From: Carcharhinus amblyrhynchos
Lineage: Eukaryota
Direction of reading: 5' to 3'
DNA length: 64,000 nucleotides
NCBI GenBank assembly: GCA_965287045.1
Contig: OZ336877.1
Location: forward strand, 34,472,001-34,536,000
The position numbers and the translations under genes are program-made. Each line of letters starts with the position of its first letter. Within the stretch, counting starts at the first letter, position 1. Shown one piece after another: positions 50,090 to 61,742 of this stretch. Under the pieces are notes generated by a model. The model was not told the DNA's origin. It ran no database searches and was given only the letters and a program-made list of their open reading frames with translations.

Positions 50090-50362
50090 TTTTAAGTTTA
50101 TTTATCAGTCACAAGTAAGGCTTACATTAACACTGCAATGAAGTTACTGTGAAATTGCCCCTAGTCACCACACTCCGGTGTCAGTTTGGGTCAATGCACC
50201 TAACCAACACGTCTTCCAGACTGTGGGAGGAAACCAGAGCACCCGGAGGAAACCCACACAGACATGGGCAGACTGTGCAAATTCTGCACAGACAATGACC
50301 CAAACTGGGAATTGAACTTGTGTCCCTGGCACTGTGAGGCAACAATGCTAACCACTGCCGCC
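50090..50362 (-). mobile_element. V-SINE with tail B (short variant)
   Basis: Reverse-complement consensus, about 200 nt downstream of the 49835 exon. Confidence 0.85.
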
Positions 50363-51649
50363 CGGTCTGGTTTGGGAAATGTTACCTAATTAGATGCTCA
50401 TAGAATCTAACACAGACAGAGAATAAGGGAGAAAGATCCATCAGATTTCAGCATGGATAGCCCTCTAAATTATTTCCCTTTCAATGAAGTAACTTTTCTG
50501 TGGATATGGCTGAGAAAAGACATTCTGTCGAAGCTTTTCATCTTACACTCAGCAGGACAATCGCAAGGACAGCAATGTCGGGGAAATAACAACTTTATGC
50601 TGTATGGGAAGAGAGTGTCGACAAGTTGGCCACTGGACTAGCAAGAGATCCTGGGCGGAATTTTCCAGCCATTCACGCCGGTGGCATTTCCTGGTCCAGC
50701 TGCAGTGAATGAAGATTTGGCTGAGCATCCAATTCTCCGTCCTCACTTGTAGCAGTGACGGAGCGTGAATGGCCAGAAAATTCCAGTTCTTTACCCTCTC
50801 ATTCTACAGTGGGATCGCCCCACCCCCAACAAATTGTCGAATGTTTTGTCGCAGTGGGGATGGCTCGCTATTGGCCAGCATTGGGATTCTCAGGTCCCAC
50901 TGATGTTAATGGCTTTTTTTGTTGATCACACCCTCTGCCACTGGGGAACTGACCTCAACAGGTGGTGGGGGGTTGGGGGGGGGAGGGGGGTTGGTGGAGT
51001 AGGTGTGGGTGGTCACACACGGTGGGGAACGGTATGATCCTACCCGGCGGGAAAGGATGGAAAACTTTGACCTATGCTACTGCATGATTTTGCTTCTTTC
51101 TAAATATCCTTCAAGAATTAATAGTTCAGATGTAAGATTTCCAGTCAGATGCTTGCAAAATCCAGCTAGGAACCAATGATAAGTCTTTGTCATCCTGCGC
51201 AATTAACATCAAGGCATATCGATTCTTCAGGCAAGGATATATCTTCTCTGAATCCTCAGTTGACAGACTGTTCAAATGTTATCTTATTAGTTAATCTCCT
51301 TCCAGCAAAGGCATTTTGAAAGTTGCTTAGACTATGAAAGGATATGTATGGAACAATGATGGATAAATGGAGTTCAGGTTCAAGCATGATCAAATTGAAT
51401 AGCAAAGCACCTCAAGAGGTTAAGTGACCACTCCATAGATATGCGGTTGAGGTTGATTGGCCATTCTAAATTGTCCCTTAGTGTAAGGAGAATTAGCAGG
51501 GTAAATATCTGGAGTTACTGGGATAGGGCCTGGGTAGGATTGTTGTCAGTGTAGGCTTAATGGGCCAAATGGCCTCCTTCTGCACTGTGGGGATTCTATC
51601 CCTATTCCCAAATTCGTCTTCCTCCTCTTAAGCAAGCACCTTTTTAAAA

Positions 51650-51925
51650 AAAAATTTATTATTATCACTAGTAAGGCATATATTAACATTGCCATGAAGT
51701 TGCTGTGAAATTCCTCTAGTCACCACACTCAGCGCCTGTTCGGGTCAATGCACCTAACCAGCACGTCTTTCAGACTGTGGGAGGAAACTAGAGTAATCGG
51801 CAGAAACCCACGCAGACACGGGGAGAATGTGCAAACTCCACACAGGAGCCCAAGCTGGGAATCAAATCCAGGTCCCGAATGCTGTGAAGCAGCAGTGCTA
51901 ATCACTGCGCCACCATGCCGCCCCT
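51650..51925 (-). mobile_element. V-SINE with tail B (short variant)
   Basis: Reverse-complement consensus. A partial tail-A copy (+) precedes it at about 51435-51600. Confidence 0.85.
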
Positions 51926-52562
51926 GATGTCTTCTATAAACAAGCGAATTAATGTAGCGTGACCCTCGATACTCGCTCTTTGGTCTGTACAGGAATCTGA
52001 AACAAAGTTTTCAGAATCTGAGGGATCTGCTCAATGAGCCTTCCGGTGTCACAATGAGCCGTGGCATCAGTCATCACCTGATGTATGAATGTGCACCACT
52101 GGTAACTAGCTACAGCAGGAGGTAGATTCCAGCTTCCTGAAATCATACAGAATTCTGACTCCAGATAATGAGGAGTGATGGGAGATCGGGCTGCTTCAAG
52201 GTGAAGGAATCACGGCCCTGGGTTAAATCGTTTTTGCTGTTTATGAGCAACCAGAGAAACACAGAGGGAGCGAGCATTGCTCAATGAGTCAAATAGCCTC
52301 CTTCTGTGCTGTAATAATGACTCTATGACTCAAGCAGCTCAGACAAGTTAATCAGCCCTATACCTCTGGAGTGAGACCAGATGAACAACTATGGGTTCAA
52401 AGCCGAATGGTTACAGCCATTTGAGTGACACAATTTAACATTCCCTCATGTAGCCTGGAGACATAGAAGTTCAGGGTTACGGTGGCATCCTGTGGTAGTG
52501 TGGGTTCCAGGTCTAGGGTGAGCATCTCTAGGGTAGCTTAGCCCTCTCACTTATTGTTTATG

Positions 52563-53064
52563 GCACAGTAAGGTCTCACAACACTAAGTCAAAGTCCAAC
52601 AGGTTTATTTGGAATCACGAGCTTTCAGAGCCCTGCTCCTTCATCAGGTGAGGGAAAAGGTAAGTTTCCCAAACACAGCACATAGAGCCTGAAACACAAT
52701 TACAAGACAATGGTTGGAATGCGAGTTGTTACAGGTAATCAAGTCTTTATAGGTGCAGACAGTGCAAGTGGAGAGAGGGTGAAGCACAGGTTAAAGAGGA
52801 GTGAATTGTCTCAAGCCAGGACAGTTAGTAGGATTTTGCAAGCCCAGGCCAAATGAAAGGGGTTACAGATAGTGTGAGATGGACCCAAGATCCCGGTTGA
52901 GGCTGTCTTCATGCATGCGGAACTTGGCTATCAGTCTCTACTTGGCAATTCTGCGTAGTCGTGTGAATGTTCTGCATTGAACGCAGAACCGCTGAGGACT
53001 TTAACCTGGTGTTGTGAGACTTCTCACTGCATCCACCCCAGTCCAATGCTGGCATTGCCACATC
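52563..53064 (-). mobile_element. Penelope-like element 3' fragment with inverted terminal segment
   Basis: Minus 52964-52863 reads TRLRRIAK*RLIAKFRMHEDSLNRDLGSISHYL*, like the C-terminus of the PLE GIY-YIG endonuclease. It is followed by a 3' UTR, hammerhead and AATAAA; an inverted copy of the end lies at 52995-53064. Confidence 0.8.
52615..52651 (-). ncRNA. Minimal type-I hammerhead ribozyme motif
   Basis: UCAC-CUGAUGA-A-GGAGC(AGG)GCUCU-GAA-AGCU-C-GUGA: stem I UCAC/GUGA, intact core, stem II, palindromic AGCU stem III and a UC cleavage site. Confidence 0.7.
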
Positions 53065-53489
53065 TTTGTTTATAGTGGAATACATAGCAGGAGTTCCCTA
53101 TGGTGCTTGGCAGCCCTGGCATCCCTGGCTGTGGACACTTCCTCACTCTTCTCTGTTTCTTCATCATAAATGGAGTAAAATTGAATCCCAGTAGAATCAT
53201 CATTCTTCTCTCCTGCCTTGATTGGTTTTGTGAGGAATAAAAACCAATCACAGGAGTGAGGAGACGCAATTAAGGTAAAGCTTTTATTGCACTGTCTTAA
53301 CTATTGCAGGAGGTTGTGAATGAAGCCTGCGGAGCTCTAATGCCAACTAGCAACCTTTTATACAAGCATTCAGTTAGCGAGGTGGGTCCCAAATGACGGG
53401 GAACTGAAGTGGAGAGGCTGGTGTATCAGTGTTGTTCAAATCTAAGTAGGATGGAGTGGATGGGATTCCAACATTACTTCAGACAGGAT

Positions 53490-53810
53490 ACCATGATAGC
53501 ACAGCGGTTAGTACTGCTGCCTTACAGCGCCAGGGACCCAGGTTGGATCATCGGCCTCAGGTCACTGTCTGTGTGGAATTTGCACGTTCTCCCCCTGTCT
53601 GCATGTGTTTCCTCTGGATGCTACAGTTTCCTCCCACAGTCTGAAAGGTGTGCAGGCTAGGTGCATTGGTCATGCTAAATTGCCCCTTAGTGTCGGGGGG
53701 GGTGCAGGGTAAATACGTGGGGTGACAGGGATAGGGCCCGGGTGGGATTGTGGTCAGTGTAAACTCGATGGGCCAAATGGCCTTCTTCTGCACTGTATGG
53801 ATTCTATGGT
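53490..53810 (+). mobile_element. HE1-type V-SINE (tail A, with B-type body diagnostics)
   Basis: Body gtctgaaagg..aggtgcattgg followed by tail A. Confidence 0.8.
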
Positions 53811-54124
53811 TCAATGAATGCCCACATCACCGCTCCAGGACATTTCCAACCAATCTCTTCAGAAACCCACAGCCCAGGTGTCTCTCTTGAAGACCCCAAA
53901 TCTGTTGCAAGGGAAAATCTAGGCCTCTGCCTCATGACCTGTGAATAAAATCAGTCAGCAGTTACTCTGCGTGGAATTAAAAAAAAAATTAAATCATTAC
54001 ATTAATAAACTAATAGAGTGGGGTCCATCATTGAAACATTGTGGCATATCCCCTTGAGTTTTATCTTTGAATCAGGTGTAGATTTTGGAAATAAACCTAA
54101 ATCTACTTTCTCAGAAGACTAAGG

Positions 54125-54948
54125 AAATTTGGCATGTCAGCTACGATTTTCACCAGCTTTTACAGATGCACCATAGAAAGCATTCTTTCTGATTGTATCA
54201 CAGCTTGGGTATGGCTCCTGCTCTGTCCAAGACTGCAAGGTACTACATAGGGTCATGGTGAAGCCCAATCCATCATACAAGCCAGCCTCCCATCCATTGA
54301 CTCTGTCTACACTTCCCGTTGCCTTGGCAAAGCAGCCAGCATAATTAAGGACCCCACACTGAACATTCTCTCTTCTATCTTTGGGAATAGACACAAAAGT
54401 CTGCGGTCACGTAACAGTCAACTCGAGAACAGCTTCTTCCCTGCTTCTGTTAGACTTTTGAATGGGCCTACCTCGCATTAAGTTGATCTTTCTCTACACC
54501 CTGGCTATGACTGTAACACTCTCTCATTTCCTTCTCTATGAACGGTATGCTTTGTCTGTACAGTGTGCAAAAAAACAATATGTATACAAGTGACAATAAT
54601 AAATCAAATCATAGAATCCCACCAGTGCAGAAGGAGGCCATTTGGCCCATCAAGTCTGCACCAGCTCTCTGACAGAGCATCTTACCCATGCCCTATCCCT
54701 GTAACTTCACATATTTACCCTGCTAACCCCCTAACCTACACATTTTGGGACATTAAGGGGTAATTTAGCAATACCAATCCACCTAACCTGCAATTCTTTG
54801 CAGTGTGGGAGGAAACCAGAACAGCTGGAGGAGACCCACAGAGACACTGGGAGAATGTGCATACTCCATACAGTCACCCAAGGCCAGAGTTGAACCCAGG
54901 TCTCTAGTCTGTGACACAGCAGTGCTAACCGCTGTGCCACCGTGCTGC
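54125..54948. mobile_element. Rex1 3' fragment (+, 54125-54610) tail-to-tail with an HE1 SINE (-, 54608-54948)
   Basis: gaacagcttcttccctgc..aataataaatcaaatc|atagaatcccaccagtgcagaagg. Confidence 0.8.
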
Positions 54949-55940
54949 CTAGGTAATGTCAGGTAATATAAATGGAATTCCATACCTTAACACAATATGT
55001 ATTCAGTGACTCATCAGGAAATTGTGTCCAACTTTGTGTTTTCCTCACTAGCAATGGCCTGGCTGATGACATCGTTAGTAGTGTTATACTCTTTGTTGAT
55101 GACATAGTTGCTGCAGTAATTAGTATCCAATGAGCAGTGATTGAGTCATTGAAGGCTGAATTAGTTGGTGCAGTGACAGATGGTATGTGCTCTTCAGCGA
55201 TGAGGGGACCAAGTTAGGAATCACATTGATGGTATTAACTGTGGTGGTGAAGCTTTGTTTATTCATAGACATATGGTTCCTCAGCTCAGTAACCATCACT
55301 AGCTGCGCTGAGGCAAAGATGGCAGTAGCAATATGACCTTGTTTGCAGAACTTGCATGTTTATCACATGGGCCCAGGAACAGGGCAAAGTCAGGGCAACC
55401 CATTCACAGCCAATTCCCAAAATGTAGAAGAAATGTGGCACCAATACCAATGGGATTTCTGGGAAGACTTGTATCCAACTGTTGGTCTTGTGCCAGTCAG
55501 TACGGCCAATGCAGGACCTGCTTCAGCACATCCGCGTTCTATGTAAATCTAAAGTTTGTCAGAGCAAGAGCAACAAATGCTTACCATGTTGGATTTAGTT
55601 TTCCCATTATGTACCTACCATCAGGGCAAACCAGAAAATCAGTGGCCAGATTGCCCATTAATATCCATTCATTAATTTGAAGGGAGCACAATTGTGAGGC
55701 TGTTAGCTTTGAGGCTCCTCACCGCTAGCGCACGCTCAGAAAACTTAAGTTGTAATTTCACCTTTTATTTTTTCCCCTCTCTTCATTCTTTTGTTCTTGG
55801 CATGTGGACATAGCTGGGAAGGTCAGCATTCTTAGATCTGAATTCAGAGGGCCCACTGCTTGAAGTAAAACATTGCAATGGATTATTTCAGGCCACCGCC
55901 TTTAGGTGTTATGTGTATTAGTTTTTTTCAGTCAGTTAAA

Positions 55941-56995
55941 GGGCTGAATTTTTCTTGTCCTTTGGGGTTGGGCTGGGAAGCTGGAGAGCTGGCAAAATGG
56001 CAGAGGAAGGCACCGAATGTTAGCCCAATATCTACCCATGTCATGCTACCAAAGGCAGGACAGTCGGTGGATCATTCACCCTTCGGGAGGCCACCTGAGA
56101 CATTTAAATGGCCAAGTAAAGGCCGTTCCCCAACTCCACGGGAACTCCATGGATCCACCCCTGCCACATGGGAAATCCACCCATCGTGAGAGCAGGCAGC
56201 CTGCCAGGAGGCCCTGGGGTTGGTGGGTGGTGGATAACCTCCTTGATGGATGCTCCTTGACTCAGAGTGCCCAATAGCAGAAGTGGCTTCCCTCTGATAA
56301 CAGTGCCATCTGTATTCCACGACAACCAACAGTGTCTGGCTTCCTGACACTGGCTTCCCGAACCTGACCCAACCCACCTCAATGCTGTTCAAGGGCATTG
56401 CAGTCATTAAGAAGCCCTATCACCACAGCTGCAATCTCAGCAGTGACCACTGCTAGCAGTGGCGCTGCTGAGCTGCTGGCCCTCTGATTGGACCAGGAGC
56501 TCTTGGAGGTGGAACACCATCCTCAGGTGGACAGTTGTCCTGGCAGGAGCTTCGTAATAGGCTGCCATTAGCAATGTGTAGCTCTGTGTCCCATCCCTGT
56601 CAAAGTCCTGCTTTTTGGCTTTATCACGATGGGCTGCACGGTGGCACAATGGTTAGCACTGCTGCCTCACGGTGCCAGGGACATGAGTTCAATTCCGGCC
56701 TCGGGTTACTGATGTGTGGAGTCTGCACATTCACCCTGTGTCTGTGTGGGTTTCCTCCGGGTGCTCCGGTTTCCTCCCACAGTCTGAAGATGTATGGTTT
56801 GGGTGGATTGGCCATGCTAAATTGCCCCTTAGTGTCAGTGGGATTAAGAGGGTAAATATGTGGGGTCATGGGGATAGGACCTGAGTGGGATTGTTGTTGG
56901 TGCAGGCTAGATGGGCCAAATGGCCACCTTGTGCACTGTAGATTCTATAATCCTATATTTTCCAGGACTTGCTGAGAATCAGTGAAAGTCAGCCC
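55941..56995. mobile_element. Probable non-autonomous DNA transposon with nested HE1 SINE (+, 56633-56955)
   Basis: Ends gggctgaattttt and gaaagtcagccc are inverted repeats. Confidence 0.45.
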
Positions 56996-57267
56996 AGGAC
57001 TCTGAAACACAGTCTCTGAAGTTAAGTCAATGAATGCAGGAGTTGCTCTTTTCTCCCAGCCTCACTTCCGAAGAGGCATAAAGATATTATCGATATAGAT
57101 TTGGGCCTTTTTGCATGAACAATACAGCAAGTATTTTGTTTTGGTTTCAGTCATTCTGTCATTGTTGCTTTGAAAGTTCAGGCCAGTTATTATTTTAGTA
57201 GCTGGTCTTATCGGTTATGATGCAGAGGGTATCAGGGCTGGATGCTCTATTACATTTTATATTAACT

Positions 57268-57550
57268 AGAATCATAGGATCCTACAGTGCAGAAGGAGGC
57301 CATTTGGCTCATCAGGTCTCCATCAGCAACAATCCAACCAGCCCCTATCACTGTAACCCCATGTAATTACCCGGCTAGATCCCTAGCACTAAGGGGCAAT
57401 TTAGCATGGCCAATCCACCTAACCTGCACATCTTTGGGATGTGGGAAGAAACCGGAGCACTCAGAGCAAACCCACACAGAACGTGCAAACTCCACCCAAG
57501 GCCGGAATTGAACCCTGGTCCCAAGGCTGCGAGGCAGCAGTGGTAACCAC
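57268..57550 (-). mobile_element. HE1-type V-SINE (tail A)
   Basis: Reverse-complement consensus. Confidence 0.8.
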
Positions 57551-59343
57551 CAAGCCGGAATTTTTGTCGAAATGTCCATTCTAATATTTACAATGCAACT
57601 CCAGTCCCCACCACTTATAGTGGGTGTTCTATGTTACACAGTGGACGTTAAAACCAAAAGTTGATGAAACAGCAAAAAGAGCATGCACCGCCTTACAGGG
57701 ATGAAGCCCTTTTAGGAGCCAAGATCCAATTAAGTACCAGATAAGCAGTGCTTTGATAACTGACTCCTTTCACTGTTTGTGGACTGTTATATATGGGCAG
57801 TTGTCCATAATAAGCAGGGGGCAGTGTAAGCAGTGGGGTCTGGACTTCTGGTTGGAACATTACTAAGATTTGGTCAGTCCTTTGGACAACCAGCCAATCA
57901 ACACGTCAGCCTCTTGTACATTGTTCATTAGTCCCTCAGTGGGCAAATGGAATTCACAAATAAAGCTCTTCAGTCATAGTAACCTTTTCCATATATATTT
58001 TAAAAATAATCTTTTTCTTAGAAGGATAAATATTTGAACAGCTTGTTTTTCATCATCGGGACCTCTCCAGTCAACAAGCAGGTCATCCAAGTTACATGAA
58101 TTGAATGTTAAAGACTTTGACTTTGTGTCTTCAGGAGAGAAAGAATTGAAATTGGGAAACGGGGGGAGTTGCAGTGAGGGGAAAACAGCACTGGCCAACA
58201 GATTTATGTATACTTTCACTGGCACCAGGGCTAATGCTGGTGAATTTGACAGCTCTCTCTATTTTACCACTCCTGGTGCAAGGGGACATTCTATGATTCA
58301 CAGAGAGCAAATCAAATTTCTTCAGGCATCATTTGATTTCTGTTAGGTTACATATGAGGTAAGATTGTGATTGCCTCTTGACAATAGAGCTGATCTTGTC
58401 CGGAAATGGAAATGTGATCATTTAAATATTTAAGTGGTGTAAAGGGCTGATGCTCTTGATCTCTGTGTCGAATGGGGTATGCAATCTTTTTGGAAAATGG
58501 CAAGTATCCACAGTACGATAGGGAGGCTCTGGCAGTCAAGATGTCTCAGAAGGCATCATTTAAGTAAGTGCTGATTGGGGTCTTGAACCTTCAAAGGCTG
58601 GCATCCACTCTGTTGATTTGAGCACATACTCAGCCATGCCCTGTAACACTGTCCCCTGCTAAGATTGGCATGGGCCATGGGAGGACCATGTAGTCCTCCA
58701 GGATCCTTCAGTGCACCATACAGGCAGGCACAGCTATGGTTTGGGATTCACATTTAGGTGCCTAATTGCCCAAGTAATGCGGAAACAGGCATGGCTGCCT
58801 CCTCGGGGGAGTTGGTTGTCGACAGCAACTCCCCTCCTTCAGCCCTTTCATCATTCTGTGCGACCTGTTCCTCCCCTCCCACCCCTGTCCCCACTGCTCC
58901 TAACCCCAAAAGACATGGCACGTGAGGGAGGAGGGGGGACATACCTGGACTGGGACCAGTCCAAAGATGTGTGGGTTACGTTGGTTGGACATGCTAAGTT
59001 GCCACTTCTTGTCAGGGGGATTAGCAGGGTAAATACGTATGGTTTGGGTATAGGGGCTGGGTGGGACTGTGCTTGGTGCAAACTCAATGAGCCGAATGGC
59101 CTTCTTCTGCACTGTAGAGATTGTATGATCTATGATATCCATCTGAATACTGTCTCTTTACCTCAGGTCTGTGGTAGAGGCAGGTTGCCTCACAGCTGTG
59201 AGGGGCCAAGTGCAGGCAGATAGGATTAGGTAGGAGTTCAGGTGTTTCTGATGCGTTCGTAACAGAACCGATGGGCTGAAGGGCCTCTTCTGCGCTGTAT
59301 GATTCTATGATTATATTGACCATCGTTCTTTCATTCTTTGCAG

Positions 59344-59397
59344 GGTAAGCAAGGACATCAGGGATCACCTGGACGTGATGGGCCACCAGGACCAATG
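59344..59397 (+). CDS. COL21A1: Collagen exon (54 nt), GKQGHQGSPGRDGPPGPM
   Basis: tctttcattctttgcag| acceptor, weaker |gtactg donor, six Gly-X-Y triplets. Confidence 0.88.
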
Positions 59398-59574
59398 GTA
59401 CTGTGCAGTTCTCTATGATTCTCTGTCACAGATGATTTTCTGAAATGCAAGGAAAAGTAATAATTTGTGGTGGGGAGTGAGGACATGGCAACAAGCCAAA
59501 GAGGACACACTTGGAACTTCATTTAGATCTAGCAAACTACTCTAACATCTCTTGAGAAAAGAAGGCTGAAGGCT

Positions 59575-59900
59575 GGGTGGCAAGGTAGAACAGTGGTTAG
59601 CACTGGTGCCTCACAGCGCCAGGGTCCCAGGTTCAATTCTGGCCTCGGATCACTGTCTGTGTGGAGTTTGCATGTTCTCCCCGTGTCTGTGTGGGTCTCC
59701 TCCGGGTTCTCCGGTTTCCTTCCACAGTCCAAAGATGTGCGGGTTAGGTTGATTGACCGTGCAAAATTGACCCTAGTGTCAGGGGAATTAACAGGATAAA
59801 TATGTGGGCTTACAGCAGTAGGACCTGGGTGGGATTGTTGTTGGCATAGACTTGATGGGCCAAATGGCCTCCTTCTGTACTGTAGGGCTTGTATGATATT
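59575..59900 (+). mobile_element. HE1-type V-SINE (tail A)
   Basis: Matches the SINE consensus. Confidence 0.85.
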
Positions 59901-60258
59901 ATATGGCCTAATCAGCGCTGTTAGAATTAAGAAGGTTTTGATTGATTGGATACAAGGAGAATCTTTTGTCTTATGGAGTAATGCAATATAGAGGTCATCA
60001 ATACAAGATAGTTGCCAAGAAATCCAACAAGAAATTCAACTTCTTTATCCAAAGAGTGGTGAGCATGTGGGGCTCGCTACCACAATGAGAGGTTGAAATA
60101 AGAATAGATGAACTTAAGGGCAAATTTGACAAGCATATGTGAGAGAAGGGAATGGATGGTTACATTGGTAAATTTTGATGAGGAAAACAGGGAGGAGGCT
60201 CAAGCTGGCATGGACTGTTTGGGCCAAATGGCCTGTTTCTTGTCTCTATATTGTATTG

Positions 60259-60570
60259 GGGCAGCATGGTGGCACAGTGGTTAGCACTGCTGCCTCACAG
60301 CATCAGGTACCTGGGTTCAATTCCGGCCTTGTGATGTTCTCCCTGTGTCTGCATGGGTTTCCTCCAGTTGCTCCAGTTTCTTCTCACAGTGCAAAGATGT
60401 GCGGGTTAGGTGGATTGGCCCTGATAAATTGTCCTTTAGTCTCCCAAGATTAGGGGGATTAGAAGGGAAAATCTGTGGGCTTACAAGGATAGGGCCTTGA
60501 TGGGAAGCTCTGTGGGAGAGTTGGTGCAGACTCAATGGACAAAATGGCCTCCCTCTGCACTGCAGAAATT
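60259..60570 (+). mobile_element. HE1-type V-SINE (tail A), after an old CR1 3' end (about 59910-60250)
   Basis: Matches the SINE consensus. Confidence 0.8.
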
Positions 60571-61044
60571 CAAGAGTTCAAGATATCCTCTGTAAATCTA
60601 CGTAGTCATCCATCGAGGGGTTTAAAGAGAGAAAGAACACTCATTAGAATAGGTAATAGGTAGGCTTAGAAAGAGCAGGGTGGTTATATACCAGGTGCAA
60701 TTATTATATTAAAATATGATAAATTATCAAATTAAAATTAAAAAGCCACCAACATGGTACTTCATTTTTCATAGAGGGTCCAGTCATACAGCCCTTTGGT
60801 GCTGATTAATTCATTCAGGTGACAATTATTGGCATGGTCCTGTAAGGATAAAGAAGACTGTTGTGATTTGGTAACATGTGTAGTGGATTGAGATATGTTT
60901 TTCTATTAGTTATGGAGTCAGGGAAGGAGGGAAGCCTGTGGGAGGATAGTGTTACCCGCGAGAGAAAAATCCTGGGATAATTTGTGGTCTGATGCAGTTT
61001 CTGGCGCTCAGTCGCCTCTTTGTTAAAGTGCTGCTCCTCAAGAC

Positions 61045-61250
61045 TTTTATTTATTTATTTAATAGTCTCACAGGCCAGCTTACATTAACACTGCAGTGAG
61101 GTTACTGTGAAAATCTCTTCATCACCACACTCTGGCGCTCGTTTGGATAAACTGAGGGAGAAATTAACATGGCCAATGCATCCAACCAGCACGACTTTTT
61201 GACTGGGAGAAAATCGGAGCATCCAGAAGAAACCCATGCAGACACGGGGA
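61045..61250 (-). mobile_element. V-SINE with tail B (5'-deleted)
   Basis: cttacattaacactgcagtgaggttactgtgaaaatc. Confidence 0.75.
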
Positions 61251-61434
61251 CAACTACCATGCTGCCCCACGTGTATGGAAGTGGGTTCGAGAAGGGACCT
61301 AACAGGCAGAGTTTAGGAACCCCCAAATTGGGGCCAGTGGGAGTTGGAGTTCTTGAGCTTTCTATTGGCACAAAATGGGAAAAGAAATTATTTCCACCAA
61401 ATTGTCCTGCTGAAAAAAGAATATGCACTAGTTA

Positions 61435-61742
61435 GTGGCGGCACAGTGGTTAGCACTGCTGCCTCACAATGCCAGGGACCCGGGTTCAATTCCGGCTTCA
61501 GGTGACTGTGTGGAGTTTGCACATTCTCCCCATGTCTGCGTGGGTTTCCTCCGGGTGCTCTGGTTTCTTCCCACATCCAAAGATGTGCGGGTTGGGTTGA
61601 TTGGCCATGCTAAATTTCCCCTTAGTGTGAAGGGGGTTAGCAGGGTAAAATAAGTTAGGTTATGGGGATAGGGCCTGTGGGGAATTGTGGTCGGTGCAGA
61701 CTCAATGGGCCGAATTGCCTCTTTCTGCACTGTAGAGATTCT
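61435..61742 (+). mobile_element. HE1-type V-SINE (tail A)
   Basis: Matches the SINE consensus, with intact A-box tggcggcacagtgg and B-box gggttcaattcc. Confidence 0.85.

Noticed and set aside
50526-50559. Active hammerhead ribozyme
   Set aside because: Stems are retained but the core reads CUGCUGA (invariant A6 changed), so it is likely inactive. It is kept only as a family marker.
61435-61505. tRNA genes at SINE heads
   Set aside because: A and B boxes are present but run straight into the SINE V-domain, without a full cloverleaf or poly-T terminator.
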